A DNA stretch of 64,000 bases from Candidatus Latescibacterota bacterium. Its GTDB lineage: Bacteria; Latescibacterota; UBA2968; GCA-2709665. How positions within the stretch are numbered: position 1 is the first letter of the stretch; every line of letters begins with the position of its first letter. The stretch is taken from NCBI GenBank assembly GCA_965248435.1, contig OZ252100.1, forward strand, positions 1,952,001-2,016,000, written 5' to 3'. Below the pieces are notes generated by a model. The model was not told the origin of the DNA. It made no database searches and saw only the letters and a list, made by a program, of their open reading frames with translations. The translations under genes were made by a program, and so were the position numbers. Of this stretch, positions 40,106 through 51,351 are shown in pieces.

Positions 40106-43100
40106 GCTCCCTCGGTGCGAATCGATTCGATCACATCAGGGAATGCTTCCAGCCCTTTTGCAATGCTGTCCATGTCGAACATCCCGGCCTGCTCGGCCAG
40201 TGTCTCTGCCCACTTGATCACCGGCGGATAGCCGTATTCCTCACCCAATCCCTTCACTTCCGCGGCGAAATTCTCGATTTCATTCATGTCCAGCGTAGCT
40301 GCCAGCTCCTCACAACCCGCTCGTTTGCCTTCCAACGCCCCAGCAAGCTCAGGCAGCCTTTCGATAACCGCTTCGTCCAGTTCCACGGGTGCGTCTTCCC
40401 CTCCCGCTCCCTCATCTGCGCCCTCTTCCAGACCCATCGCCTCCTCGATCGCCGTCACCAATCGCGTGAGCTCTTCATCTACCGAACTCAGCTGCGACTC
40501 GACTGCGTCCTCGCCCCGTCCCTCCTTGATCGCCGACTCCAGCCCCGCGGCCCGCTGCTGCAGCTCTCCGGCCCCGAGCGTCCCGGCCACCCCTTTCAGA
40601 GAATGCGCGGTGCGCTCCGCCGCTTCCCGCTCCCCTTCGGCCAGCTGGACCCGCACCGTCGCCACCGACTGCGCCTCCTCGCCCGTCGCGAACCCTTTCA
40701 CCAGCTTCTCGTAGAAGTCCCGCTTCCCCATGACCCTTTTCACGCCCCCATCAACATCCAGTCCTTCTATCAACTCCAGGGCGGCGGACTCCTCCACTGT
40801 TTCTTCTACAGCAACCGCCGGTGACTCCTCAACTGCAGCCGTCTCGCGATGCCCGGGCGCGATCCATTGCACCAGTGTCCCGAATAGTCCGTCGGGATCG
40901 ATCGGCTTCGCCACGTGATCGTTCATGCCGGCCTCGAAACACCGCTCCCGGTCCCCCTCCATCGCGTTCGCCGTCATGGCCACGATCGGCAGATCGGCAA
41001 ACTTCGACTCCTTCCGAATCTCCCGGGTCGCCGTTACCCCGTCCATCACCGGCATCTGCATATCCATCAGCACCAGGTCATACGGATTCTCGACCACCAT
41101 CTGCACGCCCACCTGACCGTTCTCCGCAAGCTCAACGACAAAGCCCGCATCCCTCAGAAGCTCCATTGCCACCTGTTGATTCAGCTCGTTGTCCTCCACC
41201 AGTAGGAGCCGCGCACCCCGGACCGGCCTCAGGTCCACGCCAGCCACCGCCTCGCCAGGTTGCTTTTCGACCACCTCCCCGCTGAGTACCTGAATGGCGG
41301 TGTCAAACAGCAGAGAAGCGTTCACAGGCTTCACGAGCGATACCTCCACACCCGCCTCTTCAGCCTCCTGGAACACCTCAGCGCGGCCGTAGGCCGTCAC
41401 CATCACGGCGTGGGGAGGGGACTTCATGCTTGCTGAGCGCAATCTTCGCACGGCCTCGATCCCATCTATTCCGGGCGGCATCCGCCAGTCCATGAACGCG
41501 ATCTCGTAGGGATCGTCACCCTCATCCGCCGTTGCGATCGCCGAAAGGGCCTCCTCCCCGGACCCAACCTCATCTACCCGGAAGGTCATGCTGGCCAGCA
41601 TTTCCGACAGGATCTGGCGAGCTTGAGCGTTGTCGTCCACCACTAGCACCCGACGGTTCCGCAGATCTGACTCCGGCACGTACTCCCGCTTCTTCTCCTC
41701 CCCCCGGTCCAGCCGAGCCGTGAACCAGAACGTGCTGCCCACACCCAACTCGCTCTCCACGCCGACCTCGCCCCCCATCAGCGTCGCCAGCTGCTTCGAG
41801 ATCGCAAGACCCAGGCCGGTGCCCCCGTACTTTCGCGAGGTCGAAGTGTCCGCCTGCTGGAACGACTGGAACAGCTTCCCACGCTGCTCGTCCGTCAGCC
41901 CGATCCCGGTGTCCTGCACGTCGAAACGGACCAGGAGGCTCTCCTCCGAAGCCTCCAGCATCCGGGCTCGGACGATGATCTCGCCTTCGTCCGTGAACTT
42001 GACGGCGTTGTTGGCGTAGTTGATGATCACCTGTCCGATACGTAGCGGATCCCCTCTCAGGGCACGCGGCAGGTCGGCCTGGATGTCGAAGATCAGCTCC
42101 AGATCCTTGGCCGTGGCCTTATCCCCGATCAACGCCGCAATATTATCCAGCACCTTATCCAGGTCGAAGTCCACCGTTTCGACGTCCAGCTTGCCGGCTT
42201 CGATCTTGGAGAAGTCCAGGATGTCGTTGATGATCCCCAGCAGGTGCTGCCCGGAGCCCTGGATCTTCTGGACGTAGTCCTTCTGCTTGGGGTCCAGGTT
42301 TGTGCGGAGGGCGAGATGCGCCATCCCGATCACGGCGTTCATCGGTGTCCGGATTTCGTGGCTCATATTCGCCAGGAAGTCGGCCTTTGCCTGAGAGGCT
42401 GCCTCGGCCTCCTGGCGGGCTTCGAGGAGGTCGCGGGTCTGCTCATCCACCAGCCGCCGGAGTTCAAGCCGCTGCTGCTCGGAGGCCCGGACACGCCAGC
42501 GCGTGAATCCGACGACGAGCAGGATGCTGCCCAGGAGGTAGGCCGCGTAGGCGGACCACGTCCGCCAGGGCGCCGCCGCCACGAGAATGTTCAGGGCGAC
42601 CTCCTGGTCGGGACGGGACCAGACGCCGTCGTTGTTCGAGCCTCGAACGCGGAGGCGGTACGATCCGCCAGGGAGATTCGAATACCGCCCGAACCGTTTC
42701 GTACCCGATAAGAACCAGTGCTTGTCGTACCCTTCCAGGAAGTACTCGTATTGATTCTTGGAGGAGTTGGTGAAGTTCATCGCAACGAACTCGAACTCGA
42801 ATTTGTTGTCCCGCCAGCCCAGGTACAGGTCGGTCGCCTTCTCGAACGCGACATCCAGCCGAAGCTCCTGGCCCTCCTGGCGGATCGCGGTCAGGTAGAC
42901 CTGCGGCGGTTCCTGATTGGTCTCCAGCTGCTCGGGATAGAAGCTGTTGAGCCCGTTGAAGCCCCCGAACCAGAGCTGTCCGGCCCTTGTTTTGCCCCGT
43001 GCCGTCGGGAAGAAATCGTGGCTGTGGAGCCCGTCTTCTCTGGTATAGACCCTGATCACTTTCTCCTGCTTCGCATCGAAGGCGACCAGTCCGATGTTGG

Positions 43101-44994
43101 TCCCGAGCCATAGCCGCCCTGAATTGTCCTCCAGAATATTGTGGACGATCTTAGCGTCGAACCCGCGGGTTTCATCGAAGCGCTCGAAGATGCCCTGCCC
43201 CTTGTCGAACCGGTTCAACCCGCGGTCGGTGCAGACCCAGAAGATGCCCCTGGAGTCCTCGTAGACGTCGAAGACGGTGTTCGAACTAATGCTCGTCCCG
43301 TCGTTCTCATCGTGCTGGTGGTGCGTGAAGATCTCGGCCCGCTTGTCGAATCGGTCGAGTCCGCCGCCCCACGTGGCGATCCACATGATGCGCGGGTCGT
43401 CCCGGTCCTGGATGAAACGGACCGACGTGACCGCCGCAAAGCTGCCCGGATCCGCCGGATCGTGTTTGTAGATCTTCCGTTCGCCGGTCCTCAGATTGTA
43501 CCGGTTGAAGCTCTGCTCCCAGCCCACCGCCCAGACGACGTCCGCCTCGTCCGGGTCCTGCAGGATGGTGTAGAACCAGGTATCGTCGGTCAATCGCTTC
43601 TCCACGACGCCGAGGTCCCGGTCGAACAGAACCATGCCTTCCGCCGTGGAAACAATGAACCAATCCCGCTCCGGGTCTTCGTAGAATCCGGCGGGGTACC
43701 CGTGAGGAAGGGTCCGCAAATCTTTTGAGTCGGGCTTATAGTGCGTGAACGTGTGTGTCTCCGGGTGGAATCGATCCAGCCCTGCCCCGAAATGGCCGAT
43801 CCAGATCGTGCCCCGGCTGTCCTCGAATACGGGGACCGCTGCGTCGCTTGCCAGGCTTTGCGGATCGAACGGGTTGTGGCGGAACAGCTCGAAACGATGG
43901 GCCTGCGGGTCCGATTTGTCCACTTTGCCGGTGTTGTCTGTGATCCAGAGAATCCCGCGGCGGTCTTCGAAGGCGCCCTGCACGGCGTCCGAGGTGATGC
44001 TGGCGGGGTCGCCCGGGTCCGCCCGATACTGCTCGTAGGTCCCGTCCTCGGGGTCGAACAGAATCAACCCCACCGCCGAAATCGATGGGATTACCACGAT
44101 TCTGCCGTCGGGCTTCAGGTAAAGATCGCTGATGCTCATCTCTGGAAGGCTGGACGGGTCCTCCGGGTTATGAACATAGTGGTCGAAGGTTCCCGATCGT
44201 TTGTCGAACCGGATCAGACCATCGTCACGCGACCCGAACCAGAGAAAGCCCCGACGGTCCTCTACGATGGCCTGGATTTCGTTGTCCGGGATGCTTCCCG
44301 GGTCCTGGGGATCGTGCAGGTACCGGATAAAGCTCCCGGACGGTTTATCGAAGCGGTTGACCCCGTCGCGCTTCGTGGATACCCACAGGTGGCCGTCTCT
44401 GTCTTCGAACACCGAGTAGATGTCGTTGCTGGACAGACTGCCGTCGTCGTTCGGGTCGTGCCAGTAGTTGGTGAAAGCCCCGGTCCGGGGGTCGAATCGG
44501 CTCAAGCCCTTCTGCGTCCCAAACCACATCGTGCCGTCATCGTCTTCCACGATCGTCCGGGACGACAGGTTGAAGGTATTGCTGGCGAGCGTTTCATTGG
44601 GCCGTTCAGGATCCCGTCTGAACACGTCGAACATGTTTGTCTGTTTGTCGTAGCGGTTCAGGCCATCGTTGGTTCCCACCCAGATGAGCCCCCTGCTGTC
44701 TTCGAAAATCTGTGTGACGAAATCGTTCGATATGGAGCCGGGGCCCTCCTTGAACAGCTTGACGGAGGTGCCGTCGTATCGGGCCATCCCGTTAAAAAAA
44801 GAACCGAACCACAGAAATCCGTCCCGATCCTGAATGATGGCGAACGACGGCTCACCCCCGATATCGAACGCATACTCGAATTTCAGCTGCTCTTCCGAAA
44901 TCGCGGAGTTGCTGGCCCAGGCGAGGTCCCGGCTCGGGAACGCAACCGCAAGAAATGTGAGCAAGGCGCAACAAAGTAAGGGTTTCCGAATCAT
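40102..44994 (-). CDS. Hybrid histidine kinase with periplasmic beta-propellers (Reg_prop) + Y_Y_Y + HisKA + HATPase + 2 REC + Hpt + pseudo-Hpt
   Basis: Repeated EDSRGxxW(V/F)GT blades, [23 protein letters not shown]-box, TAHSLKG. Confidence 0.95.
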   Translation of the reverse strand: MIRKPLLCCALLTFLAVAFPSRDLAWASNSAISEEQLKFEYAFDIGGEPSFAIIQDRDGFLWFGSFFNGMARYDGTSVKLFKEGPGSISNDFVTQIFEDSRGLIWVGTNDGLNRYDKQTNMFDVFRRDPERPNETLASNTFNLSSRTIVEDDDGTMWFGTQKGLSRFDPRTGAFTNYWHDPNDDGSLSSNDIYSVFEDRDGHLWVSTKRDGVNRFDKPSGSFIRYLHDPQDPGSIPDNEIQAIVEDRRGFLWFGSRDDGLIRFDKRSGTFDHYVHNPEDPSSLPEMSISDLYLKPDGRIVVIPSISAVGLILFDPEDGTYEQYRADPGDPASITSDAVQGAFEDRRGILWITDNTGKVDKSDPQAHRFELFRHNPFDPQSLASDAAVPVFEDSRGTIWIGHFGAGLDRFHPETHTFTHYKPDSKDLRTLPHGYPAGFYEDPERDWFIVSTAEGMVLFDRDLGVVEKRLTDDTWFYTILQDPDEADVVWAVGWEQSFNRYNLRTGERKIYKHDPADPGSFAAVTSVRFIQDRDDPRIMWIATWGGGLDRFDKRAEIFTHHQHDENDGTSISSNTVFDVYEDSRGIFWVCTDRGLNRFDKGQGIFERFDETRGFDAKIVHNILEDNSGRLWLGTNIGLVAFDAKQEKVIRVYTREDGLHSHDFFPTARGKTRAGQLWFGGFNGLNSFYPEQLETNQEPPQVYLTAIRQEGQELRLDVAFEKATDLYLGWRDNKFEFEFVAMNFTNSSKNQYEYFLEGYDKHWFLSGTKRFGRYSNLPGGSYRLRVRGSNNDGVWSRPDQEVALNILVAAAPWRTWSAYAAYLLGSILLVVGFTRWRVRASEQQRLELRRLVDEQTRDLLEARQEAEAASQAKADFLANMSHEIRTPMNAVIGMAHLALRTNLDPKQKDYVQKIQGSGQHLLGIINDILDFSKIEAGKLDVETVDFDLDKVLDNIAALIGDKATAKDLELIFDIQADLPRALRGDPLRIGQVIINYANNAVKFTDEGEIIVRARMLEASEESLLVRFDVQDTGIGLTDEQRGKLFQSFQQADTSTSRKYGGTGLGLAISKQLATLMGGEVGVESELGVGSTFWFTARLDRGEEKKREYVPESDLRNRRVLVVDDNAQARQILSEMLASMTFRVDEVGSGEEALSAIATADEGDDPYEIAFMDWRMPPGIDGIEAVRRLRSASMKSPPHAVMVTAYGRAEVFQEAEEAGVEVSLVKPVNASLLFDTAIQVLSGEVVEKQPGEAVAGVDLRPVRGARLLLVEDNELNQQVAMELLRDAGFVVELAENGQVGVQMVVENPYDLVLMDMQMPVMDGVTATREIRKESKFADLPIVAMTANAMEGDRERCFEAGMNDHVAKPIDPDGLFGTLVQWIAPGHRETAAVEESPAVAVEETVEESAALELIEGLDVDGGVKRVMGKRDFYEKLVKGFATGEEAQSVATVRVQLAEGEREAAERTAHSLKGVAGTLGAGELQQRAAGLESAIKEGRGEDAVESQLSSVDEELTRLVTAIEEAMGLEEGADEGAGGEDAPVELDEAVIERLPELAGALEGKRAGCEELAATLDMNEIENFAAEVKGLGEEYGYPPVIKWAETLAEQAGMFDMDSIAKGLEAFPDVIESIRTEGA

Positions 44995-45003
44995 CGCGAG
45001 AAC

Positions 45004-48000
45004 CTAGTCGTTGGTGTGAAGGTCGGATATCTGGTCCAGCAACTTCGGATAGCGTTTGAGCGTTTCCTGTATTCCGTCCATGTCGAACATCCCGGCCTGT
45101 TCGGTCAGTGCTTCCGCCCACTTGGCGACCGGCGGATAGCTGTATTTCTCACCCAGGTCCTTCACCTCCGAGGCGAAACTCTCGATGCCGCCCATATCCA
45201 GCGTAGTGGACAGCTCTTTGCCGGTGTCCTGTTTCGCTTCGAGCTTCTCCGCCAGTTCCGGCAGTTTCTGCATCACCTCGGAGGAAAGCTCCAGTGGCGC
45301 CTCATCCTCCTCCACTTCCTCGGCCTCTCCATCCAGACCCATCGCTTCGCTGATCGCTCCGACAAGCCGTGTGAGCTCCTGCCCCACTTTTTTCAGATGC
45401 GACTCGACCCGCTTCCCGCCCTTCTTTATCGCTGCCTCCAGGGTCGCGGCCCTCGACTGCAATTCACCGGCCCCGATCGTCCCTGCCACGCCCTTCAGCG
45501 AGTGGGCCGTCCGCTCCGCGGCTTCGAGTTCCCCCTCTTCGAGCTGGGAACGTACCGTCTCGACGGACCTGGCCTCTTCCCCGGTCACAAACCCTTTCAC
45601 GAGCCTTTCGTAGAAGTCCCGCTTCCCCATCACCCGCTTCACCCCGGTCTCGACATCCAGCCCTTCAACGGATTCCAGATCCGCTGTTTCCGATTTTGTC
45701 TCCGCGCTCGCCGCTTTCTGTGAATCTTTCGTGTCCTTTCGTGGACTTTCGCGATCTTTCGTGATCGGTTTGATCCACTTTATGAGCGTCCCGAAGAGCT
45801 GGGCCGGCTCGATCGGTTTGGCGATGTGGTCGTTCATGCCGGCTTCCTCACACTGGTCCTTATCTGACTGCATCGCGCCGGCAGTCATCGCCAGAACAGG
45901 CAGATCCGAAAGCGACTCCTGCTCTCTGATTTTCTTTGTGGCCGTGAGGCCGTCCATCACGGGCATCTGAACATCCATGAGGACAACGTCGTAGTCGCCT
46001 TCCTCCACCATCCGGAGGGCCTCCTCTCCGTTGTTCGCGACGTCGACGACGAAACCGGAATCCGAGAGGAGTTCCGACGCGACTTGCTGGTTGAGGAGAT
46101 TGTCTTCGGTGAGCAGGATGCGGGCACCTTTGAACGGTTCGAGCGCCTCTGCAGATACGCCTTGTTCGATGCTGACCTCCGTGCGCGTCGACTCGCCGCC
46201 CAGTGCGACGATGGCCGCGTCGAACAGCTGCGAGGCGTTGACCGGTTTGGTCAGCGTTGTTTTGATTCCCGCCTTCTCTGCTCCTTCGGACATCTCGTGT
46301 GTGCCGTAGGCGGTGACCATGATGGGCTGGGGCGGGCTTTCCAGCGGGAGGTCATTCATCTTCTCGACCGTCTTCACGCCGTCCATGCCGGGCGGCATGT
46401 GCCAGTCGATAAACAGGATCTCGTAGGGATCCCCCGATTTATCGGCGACGGAGATGCTCTCCAGCGCTTCCTCGCCCCCGGCAGCGACATCGACCCGGAA
46501 CGACATGCTCTTCAGGGTCTCGGACAGGATCTCGCGGGCATACGCGTTGTCGTCCACGGTGAGGACGCGACGTTTGCGCAGATCGAGATCGGGCAGGAGC
46601 GGCTTACTCTGCTCCGTGCCTTTCCCAAGGAGCGCCGTCAACCAGAAAGTAGATCCGACCCCGTGCTCGCTTTCGACGCCGACTTCTCCGCCCATCAGTT
46701 CGGCCAGCTGCTTGGAGATGGTCAATCCAAGGCCGGTACCGCCGTACTTCCGTGTCGTCGAAGTGTCGGCCTGCTGGAAAGACTGGAAGAGCTTGCCCTT
46801 CTGCTCGGGCGTGAGGCCGATGCCCGTGTCCTGGACCTCGAAACGAACGAGCAGGTCGTCGCCGCGCTCTTCGGCCACCCTCGCACGGACGAAGACTTCG
46901 CCCTTCTCGGTGAACTTGACGGCGTTGTTGGCGTAATTGACCAGACACTGACCGATTCGCAGCGCGTCTCCTTTGAGGGCCCTGGGAAAGTCGGGCTCGA
47001 TGTCGAAGATGAGCTCCAGACCCTTCTCGGATGCTTTTTCGCCGACCAGGTTGCCGACGTTGTCGAGGACGCTGTCGAAATCGAAATCGACGTGCTCGAC
47101 TTCCAGCTTGCCGGCCTCGATCTTGGAGAAGTCCAGGATGTCGTTGATGATGCCCAGAAGGTGCCGGCCCGACGTGTGGATTTTGTGGACGTAGTCGCGC
47201 TGCTTGGCGTCGAGGCCAGTGCGAAGCGCCAGATGAGACATGCCGATGATGGCGTTCATGGGGGTCCGGATCTCGTGGCTCATGTTGGCCAGGAAATCGG
47301 CCTTCGATTTGGCAGCGGCCTCGGCGATCTCTTTGGCCTCCTCCAGCTCTACTTCCGCACGCTTGCGGTCCGTGATGTCTAGAATACATTCAATCGCCCC
47401 GATTGTTTCGCCGTTTGAGTCGAAGAGGGGCGTCGCTATTCCGAAAAGGTAAGCTTCCCCTCCGTCTCTGGATTTGAGGTTCGGTACATAATTTTCACCG
47501 GAGATGATGTCACCGTCCCGTTGAATCTGTTCGTACTTGCCGTCCAATTCAGATGGCGGCCGGAGCGCGAGATCGATTAGAATCTCACGCCGCTCCCCAA
47601 AGAAGGGAATCGCATATTCCTGATCGCCCTTGCCAAGCATGTCTTCTGCCTTGGCGCCACTCAAGGCCTCCAACTTCCGATTCCAGAAGACGACTCGACC
47701 TTCGTTATCGATTACGAGCACTGCGTCCGGCAGAAAGTCGATGATCTGGGACATCTGCCGCTCTGACTCGCGGAGAGCTGCCTCTGACTGAGCCAACCGA
47801 AGGGACGTCGCGGTGATCTCACACGCCTTCTCAAGCCAGCGAATCTGCTCTTCGGTGATGGGTTCGAGGAGACAGAGCTCCACAACGCCGGCCAGGTCAT
47901 TGCTCGAAACGAGGGGTGTTGTCACTATCTGACTGGCGGCCGCGCTGCCGAACCCGAAGGACACGGGGTAGGTGCCCTGCGGGGGGATGTGGATAGCCAT

Positions 48001-49794
48001 TTTTCGGGATCTGGCGGCCTGACCGACACTCCCGATACCGAGTCCAAAGCACTTTAGCACTTCCGCATCGGGTGGAAGTGCATGCGCGGCGGTCCTGTAG
48101 AGCTGGCTATCATCTTCCAGGACGTAGAGCGACCCCACAGGAGCTCCGATGAACTCGGTGATGGCAGCCAGCGCCCGTTCCGAGACCCTCTCCACGCTTA
48201 GTTTGCCCTGCATCCGCGAGGTCAGAGCTGCCAGGGTGGACTCCTCCGCGACCCTCGCCTCTGAAGCTTTGGTGAAGTTCTCCAGTTCCTCGGTCCGCAA
48301 TTCAGCCTGCTGGGCGAATTCCTTGAGCTCCTCCTCAGCACGGCTTCTTTCAGTATCCCGAGATGCCAGATCGGTGGTCATCCGGTTGAATGCCTCTGTC
48401 AGAGAGCCGATTTCGTCGCTGGATGTGGCCTCCACGTGCTGGTCGCGTTTGCCGTCGGCATACGCATCGATGGCGCGGCTCAGACGGAGGACCGGTCGAG
48501 AAAGGGTGCCCGACACATAGATGCCGATGAGTAAGATGGCGATAGAAAGGATCACGCTGTCAACGAGGATGTGATTACGGAGTTCGGCAACCGGTTCGAA
48601 GGCCTCGTCAACATCCATTTCCGCGGATATCGCCCAGGTGAGGTTGTCGATCTTCAGAGGCGCGAACGCGCTGAGCACCGACACCCCGCGGTAGTCCTCG
48701 GTGATGCGTGTGTCGGACTGCCCGTTCAGGGCATTTTCAGCGGCTTCCGTTCGAATCTCCTGGCGGCCGATGGTCGTTCCGTCGGATTTCATCATGTCCA
48801 ACACGAAGCGATCGACGCCTCGTTCTTCCTGGGCCCTGAGGAATTCGATGGGGGTCTGAATGAAGAAGCGGGAGTCGTTGCGCATGGTGAAATCTTCACC
48901 CACGAGATAGGTCTCTCCCGTGGCTCCGAGACCTTCTTTTTCCCAATGCCCGCTGCTCGTCATCGTGGAGTTGATGTCGTGAACGTCGAGCTGAACGACC
49001 AGTACTCCGACTTTCCTGCCGTCTTTGAAGATGGGAGAGGCTACGAAACTTGCCGGATGCATCCCGGACGGAGGATAGAGCTCGAAGTCGACGAGGTGGA
49101 CCGATCCCTCGTTTGGGGATGCGGCCGCTTTCCTGAATGCGTCAACGATATGGGTACCCGCATACGGCCCGTTGTAGAGGCTTGTCGCAAAGTCAGGCTC
49201 CTTCAACACCGAGTAGACGACAAACCCTGTCTGGTGATCGATGAATAGGATGTCGTAGAATCCGACTTTCTGTTTGATATTCTCCAGCGCCGGGTGGTAG
49301 TCCGCGTGCACCTGGGCGTAGGGCTCGAGCCGCCCACCTGACGCCACATCGCGCTCCAGAACATATGCAGACTGAAGCAGAGTGCCCGCGTTCGTCCGGG
49401 GCAGCGCTTTGGAGAGCGAGAGCACTTGGTGGGTGGCGTCCCGATTAATAGTGGGTAAATAATGATCGCGGTAGTGAGACCGGAGTCTTACCTCCTGTTC
49501 AGCGCTTCTGGCGTCATCGCCGATCGCGTTGAACGCCTCCGAGAAGCGGGACATCGCGTCGGCGATCGCACGGCCCTGGGCGATGACGACGGTCTCGTTC
49601 CTCACCCGCTGGAAGTAGGCCTGGATTTGGCGGCTCCGGGTTTCCCGGATCCCGGTGAGCTGCTTGAACGTGGCCTCACTCAGGGCATTTCGGGCATCCC
49701 AGTAGCTCTGCAGCCCGGTTACGAGAACAGATGCCAGCCCGACAAGCAGGAGGGACATCATCAGTTTCGTTCTGATATGGAGGTTCTTGAACAT
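45004..49794 (-). CDS. Hybrid histidine kinase: dCache + HAMP + GAF + PAS + HisKA + HATPase + 2 REC + Hpt + pseudo-Hpt
   Basis: YDILFID..G.VVYSV.KE.DFATSL (Cache), [23 protein letters not shown] (HAMP), [13 protein letters not shown] (PAS), H-box, Hpt. Confidence 0.95.
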   Translation of the reverse strand: MFKNLHIRTKLMMSLLLVGLASVLVTGLQSYWDARNALSEATFKQLTGIRETRSRQIQAYFQRVRNETVVIAQGRAIADAMSRFSEAFNAIGDDARSAEQEVRLRSHYRDHYLPTINRDATHQVLSLSKALPRTNAGTLLQSAYVLERDVASGGRLEPYAQVHADYHPALENIKQKVGFYDILFIDHQTGFVVYSVLKEPDFATSLYNGPYAGTHIVDAFRKAAASPNEGSVHLVDFELYPPSGMHPASFVASPIFKDGRKVGVLVVQLDVHDINSTMTSSGHWEKEGLGATGETYLVGEDFTMRNDSRFFIQTPIEFLRAQEERGVDRFVLDMMKSDGTTIGRQEIRTEAAENALNGQSDTRITEDYRGVSVLSAFAPLKIDNLTWAISAEMDVDEAFEPVAELRNHILVDSVILSIAILLIGIYVSGTLSRPVLRLSRAIDAYADGKRDQHVEATSSDEIGSLTEAFNRMTTDLASRDTERSRAEEELKEFAQQAELRTEELENFTKASEARVAEESTLAALTSRMQGKLSVERVSERALAAITEFIGAPVGSLYVLEDDSQLYRTAAHALPPDAEVLKCFGLGIGSVGQAARSRKMAIHIPPQGTYPVSFGFGSAAASQIVTTPLVSSNDLAGVVELCLLEPITEEQIRWLEKACEITATSLRLAQSEAALRESERQMSQIIDFLPDAVLVIDNEGRVVFWNRKLEALSGAKAEDMLGKGDQEYAIPFFGERREILIDLALRPPSELDGKYEQIQRDGDIISGENYVPNLKSRDGGEAYLFGIATPLFDSNGETIGAIECILDITDRKRAEVELEEAKEIAEAAAKSKADFLANMSHEIRTPMNAIIGMSHLALRTGLDAKQRDYVHKIHTSGRHLLGIINDILDFSKIEAGKLEVEHVDFDFDSVLDNVGNLVGEKASEKGLELIFDIEPDFPRALKGDALRIGQCLVNYANNAVKFTEKGEVFVRARVAEERGDDLLVRFEVQDTGIGLTPEQKGKLFQSFQQADTSTTRKYGGTGLGLTISKQLAELMGGEVGVESEHGVGSTFWLTALLGKGTEQSKPLLPDLDLRKRRVLTVDDNAYAREILSETLKSMSFRVDVAAGGEEALESISVADKSGDPYEILFIDWHMPPGMDGVKTVEKMNDLPLESPPQPIMVTAYGTHEMSEGAEKAGIKTTLTKPVNASQLFDAAIVALGGESTRTEVSIEQGVSAEALEPFKGARILLTEDNLLNQQVASELLSDSGFVVDVANNGEEALRMVEEGDYDVVLMDVQMPVMDGLTATKKIREQESLSDLPVLAMTAGAMQSDKDQCEEAGMNDHIAKPIEPAQLFGTLIKWIKPITKDRESPRKDTKDSQKAASAETKSETADLESVEGLDVETGVKRVMGKRDFYERLVKGFVTGEEARSVETVRSQLEEGELEAAERTAHSLKGVAGTIGAGELQSRAATLEAAIKKGGKRVESHLKKVGQELTRLVGAISEAMGLDGEAEEVEEDEAPLELSSEVMQKLPELAEKLEAKQDTGKELSTTLDMGGIESFASEVKDLGEKYSYPPVAKWAEALTEQAGMFDMDGIQETLKRYPKLLDQISDLHTND

Positions 49795-49887
49795 ATTCCA
49801 GGCCTTTCGTAATTACTGCCTTCGTTTGCGCTTTTGAGTTCAGCCGCGTCCTTCGTCTGACGTGATCTTGCTTAACCTTTTCGAGGA

Positions 49888-51306
49888 TCAACGAGTTTCA
49901 TGAGTCGGCCGGTTTCCGTTCCCTGTCTCCTGAGAGAAACGCAGTGCGGTCGCGGTGATCTCTGCCGCCTTGGTCAGCCATCGACCGCGCGCAGCGTCGA
50001 ACTCCGTGAGGAAATACAGCTCGACAACCCCTACCAGGTTGTCGCTGGCGGTTAAGGGACACGTTACGACGTGCCGCGGCGACGTTCGGCCCAGCCCGAA
50101 GGTGATAGACCATTCCTGATCGCCGGGATCGAGCACCTGCATCTCCCTGACCTTGGCCGTGTGACCGATACTGCCAGCGCCCAGCGGGAACGCGCTTTGC
50201 GTTTCCGCTTCAGGCGGCAGCGCATGATCTGCGTGCCGATGGAGATGCCCGTCTCTTTCAAGCACATAGAGCGCCCCGGCAGCGGCTCCCGTATTTTCGA
50301 TTATGGAAGTGAGCGCAGCTTCCGCGATCCGGTCCGCAGTCAGCTTCTGGAGGCGTGACGAGAGGGCGGAAAAACTCGCCTCCGATTCTGCCTTTTCCTG
50401 CAATTCGGATGTGCGCTCCTGAACCTGCTGTTCCAGTTCTGCGCGGAATCGAACCAGCTCATCCTTATCGGCCTCGCTCTGTTTCAGCGCGGCGCTTCGT
50501 GCCTCGACCTGATCTTTGAGCCGTCGTGAGCCGGACCTGAGCTGGCCCATGGCGATCGCCAGGCATCCCAGGCCGAGCAGTGCCGTAATGCCCAGAAGGG
50601 CCATCACGGTCTGCAGGCCACCGCTCATCTCTTCTCGAATCGCATCCAGCGGCAGGACAACCTCCAGCACGCCCCGAACATCGCCTTCCACCCACCCGGT
50701 CCTCGGCGTCTGCGGATGTGTATTGTGACAGTTCACACATTCTGCTCTCATCCGGTCGGCTGTCGCGTAGCGCAACGAGGGCCTGCCTCGGTGCTCTTCG
50801 AACCGATAAAACGGCCTGTCCGGCTGTTCGGTCAGCCCCTTCCAGGCCGCTCTCCTGAAGTCATCCAGCAAACCCCCCTCCGACGCGCGCCAGGGAAAGG
50901 GGTAGGGGCTGTAGAGCGACGCCGCCAGGCCTGTCCCCAGGGAACCGATCTGCTCCCCAAGCTTGATACTCAGGGTCGCCGGCAGTGGGATGGCGCCATC
51001 GTGCTCGTCATAGTCGTGTCTGATATCCACTCCGTGACCTCGAACGCGGCTCACCACATCGGAGGTGTAGATTGTCCGGAAAGTTGCCAGCATCTGGGCG
51101 GTTCGTGAGGCGTTGTTGATCGCGTTCGACTCGATCAGCCTGTCTGAAAGCTGAAAGGCGTACCAGCCCAGAAAGGCGAGGCCGATCAGGAGAACCGCAC
51201 TCAAGACGGGCACCGGTCTGTCGGATACGATCCGAAAAAACCAATTCCGTGGCCGAGGCGAACGTTCTGCGACCCCTTCAGGTGTGTTGGTATCATTCTC
51301 TTTCAA
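49888..51306 (-). CDS. Output-less receptor: TM + DUF3365/Tll0287-like c-type heme domain + TM + coiled coil + GAF
   Basis: PLPATL, YSPYPFPWR, RYATADRMRAECVNCH (CxxCH), GDVRGVLEV. Ends about 12 aa after the GAF. TTG start after AAAGGAG. Confidence 0.85.
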   Translation of the reverse strand: MKENDTNTPEGVAERSPRPRNWFFRIVSDRPVPVLSAVLLIGLAFLGWYAFQLSDRLIESNAINNASRTAQMLATFRTIYTSDVVSRVRGHGVDIRHDYDEHDGAIPLPATLSIKLGEQIGSLGTGLAASLYSPYPFPWRASEGGLLDDFRRAAWKGLTEQPDRPFYRFEEHRGRPSLRYATADRMRAECVNCHNTHPQTPRTGWVEGDVRGVLEVVLPLDAIREEMSGGLQTVMALLGITALLGLGCLAIAMGQLRSGSRRLKDQVEARSAALKQSEADKDELVRFRAELEQQVQERTSELQEKAESEASFSALSSRLQKLTADRIAEAALTSIIENTGAAAGALYVLERDGHLHRHADHALPPEAETQSAFPLGAGSIGHTAKVREMQVLDPGDQEWSITFGLGRTSPRHVVTCPLTASDNLVGVVELYFLTEFDAARGRWLTKAAEITATALRFSQETGNGNRPTHETR

Positions 51307-51351
51307 AGCGTCAAAACTCCTTTCCGAACTGTGGGACTTGACCGATACCCA

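Noticed and set aside
43000-44800. Regularly repeating sequence that could suggest a CRISPR or tandem array
   Set aside because: It is in-frame, degenerate beta-propeller blade coding sequence with no identical repeat-spacer pattern.
40015-47452. Long antisense and alternate-frame ORFs (e.g. 43741-44979, 46084-47382; also 25514-26827 and 26849-27841)
   Set aside because: They are shadows of well-supported genes in GC3-biased DNA and have no recognisable motifs.
49795-49887. Second kinase relic in this spacer (ITKGLEY resembles IAKGLEA)
   Set aside because: The match is too short to distinguish from chance.
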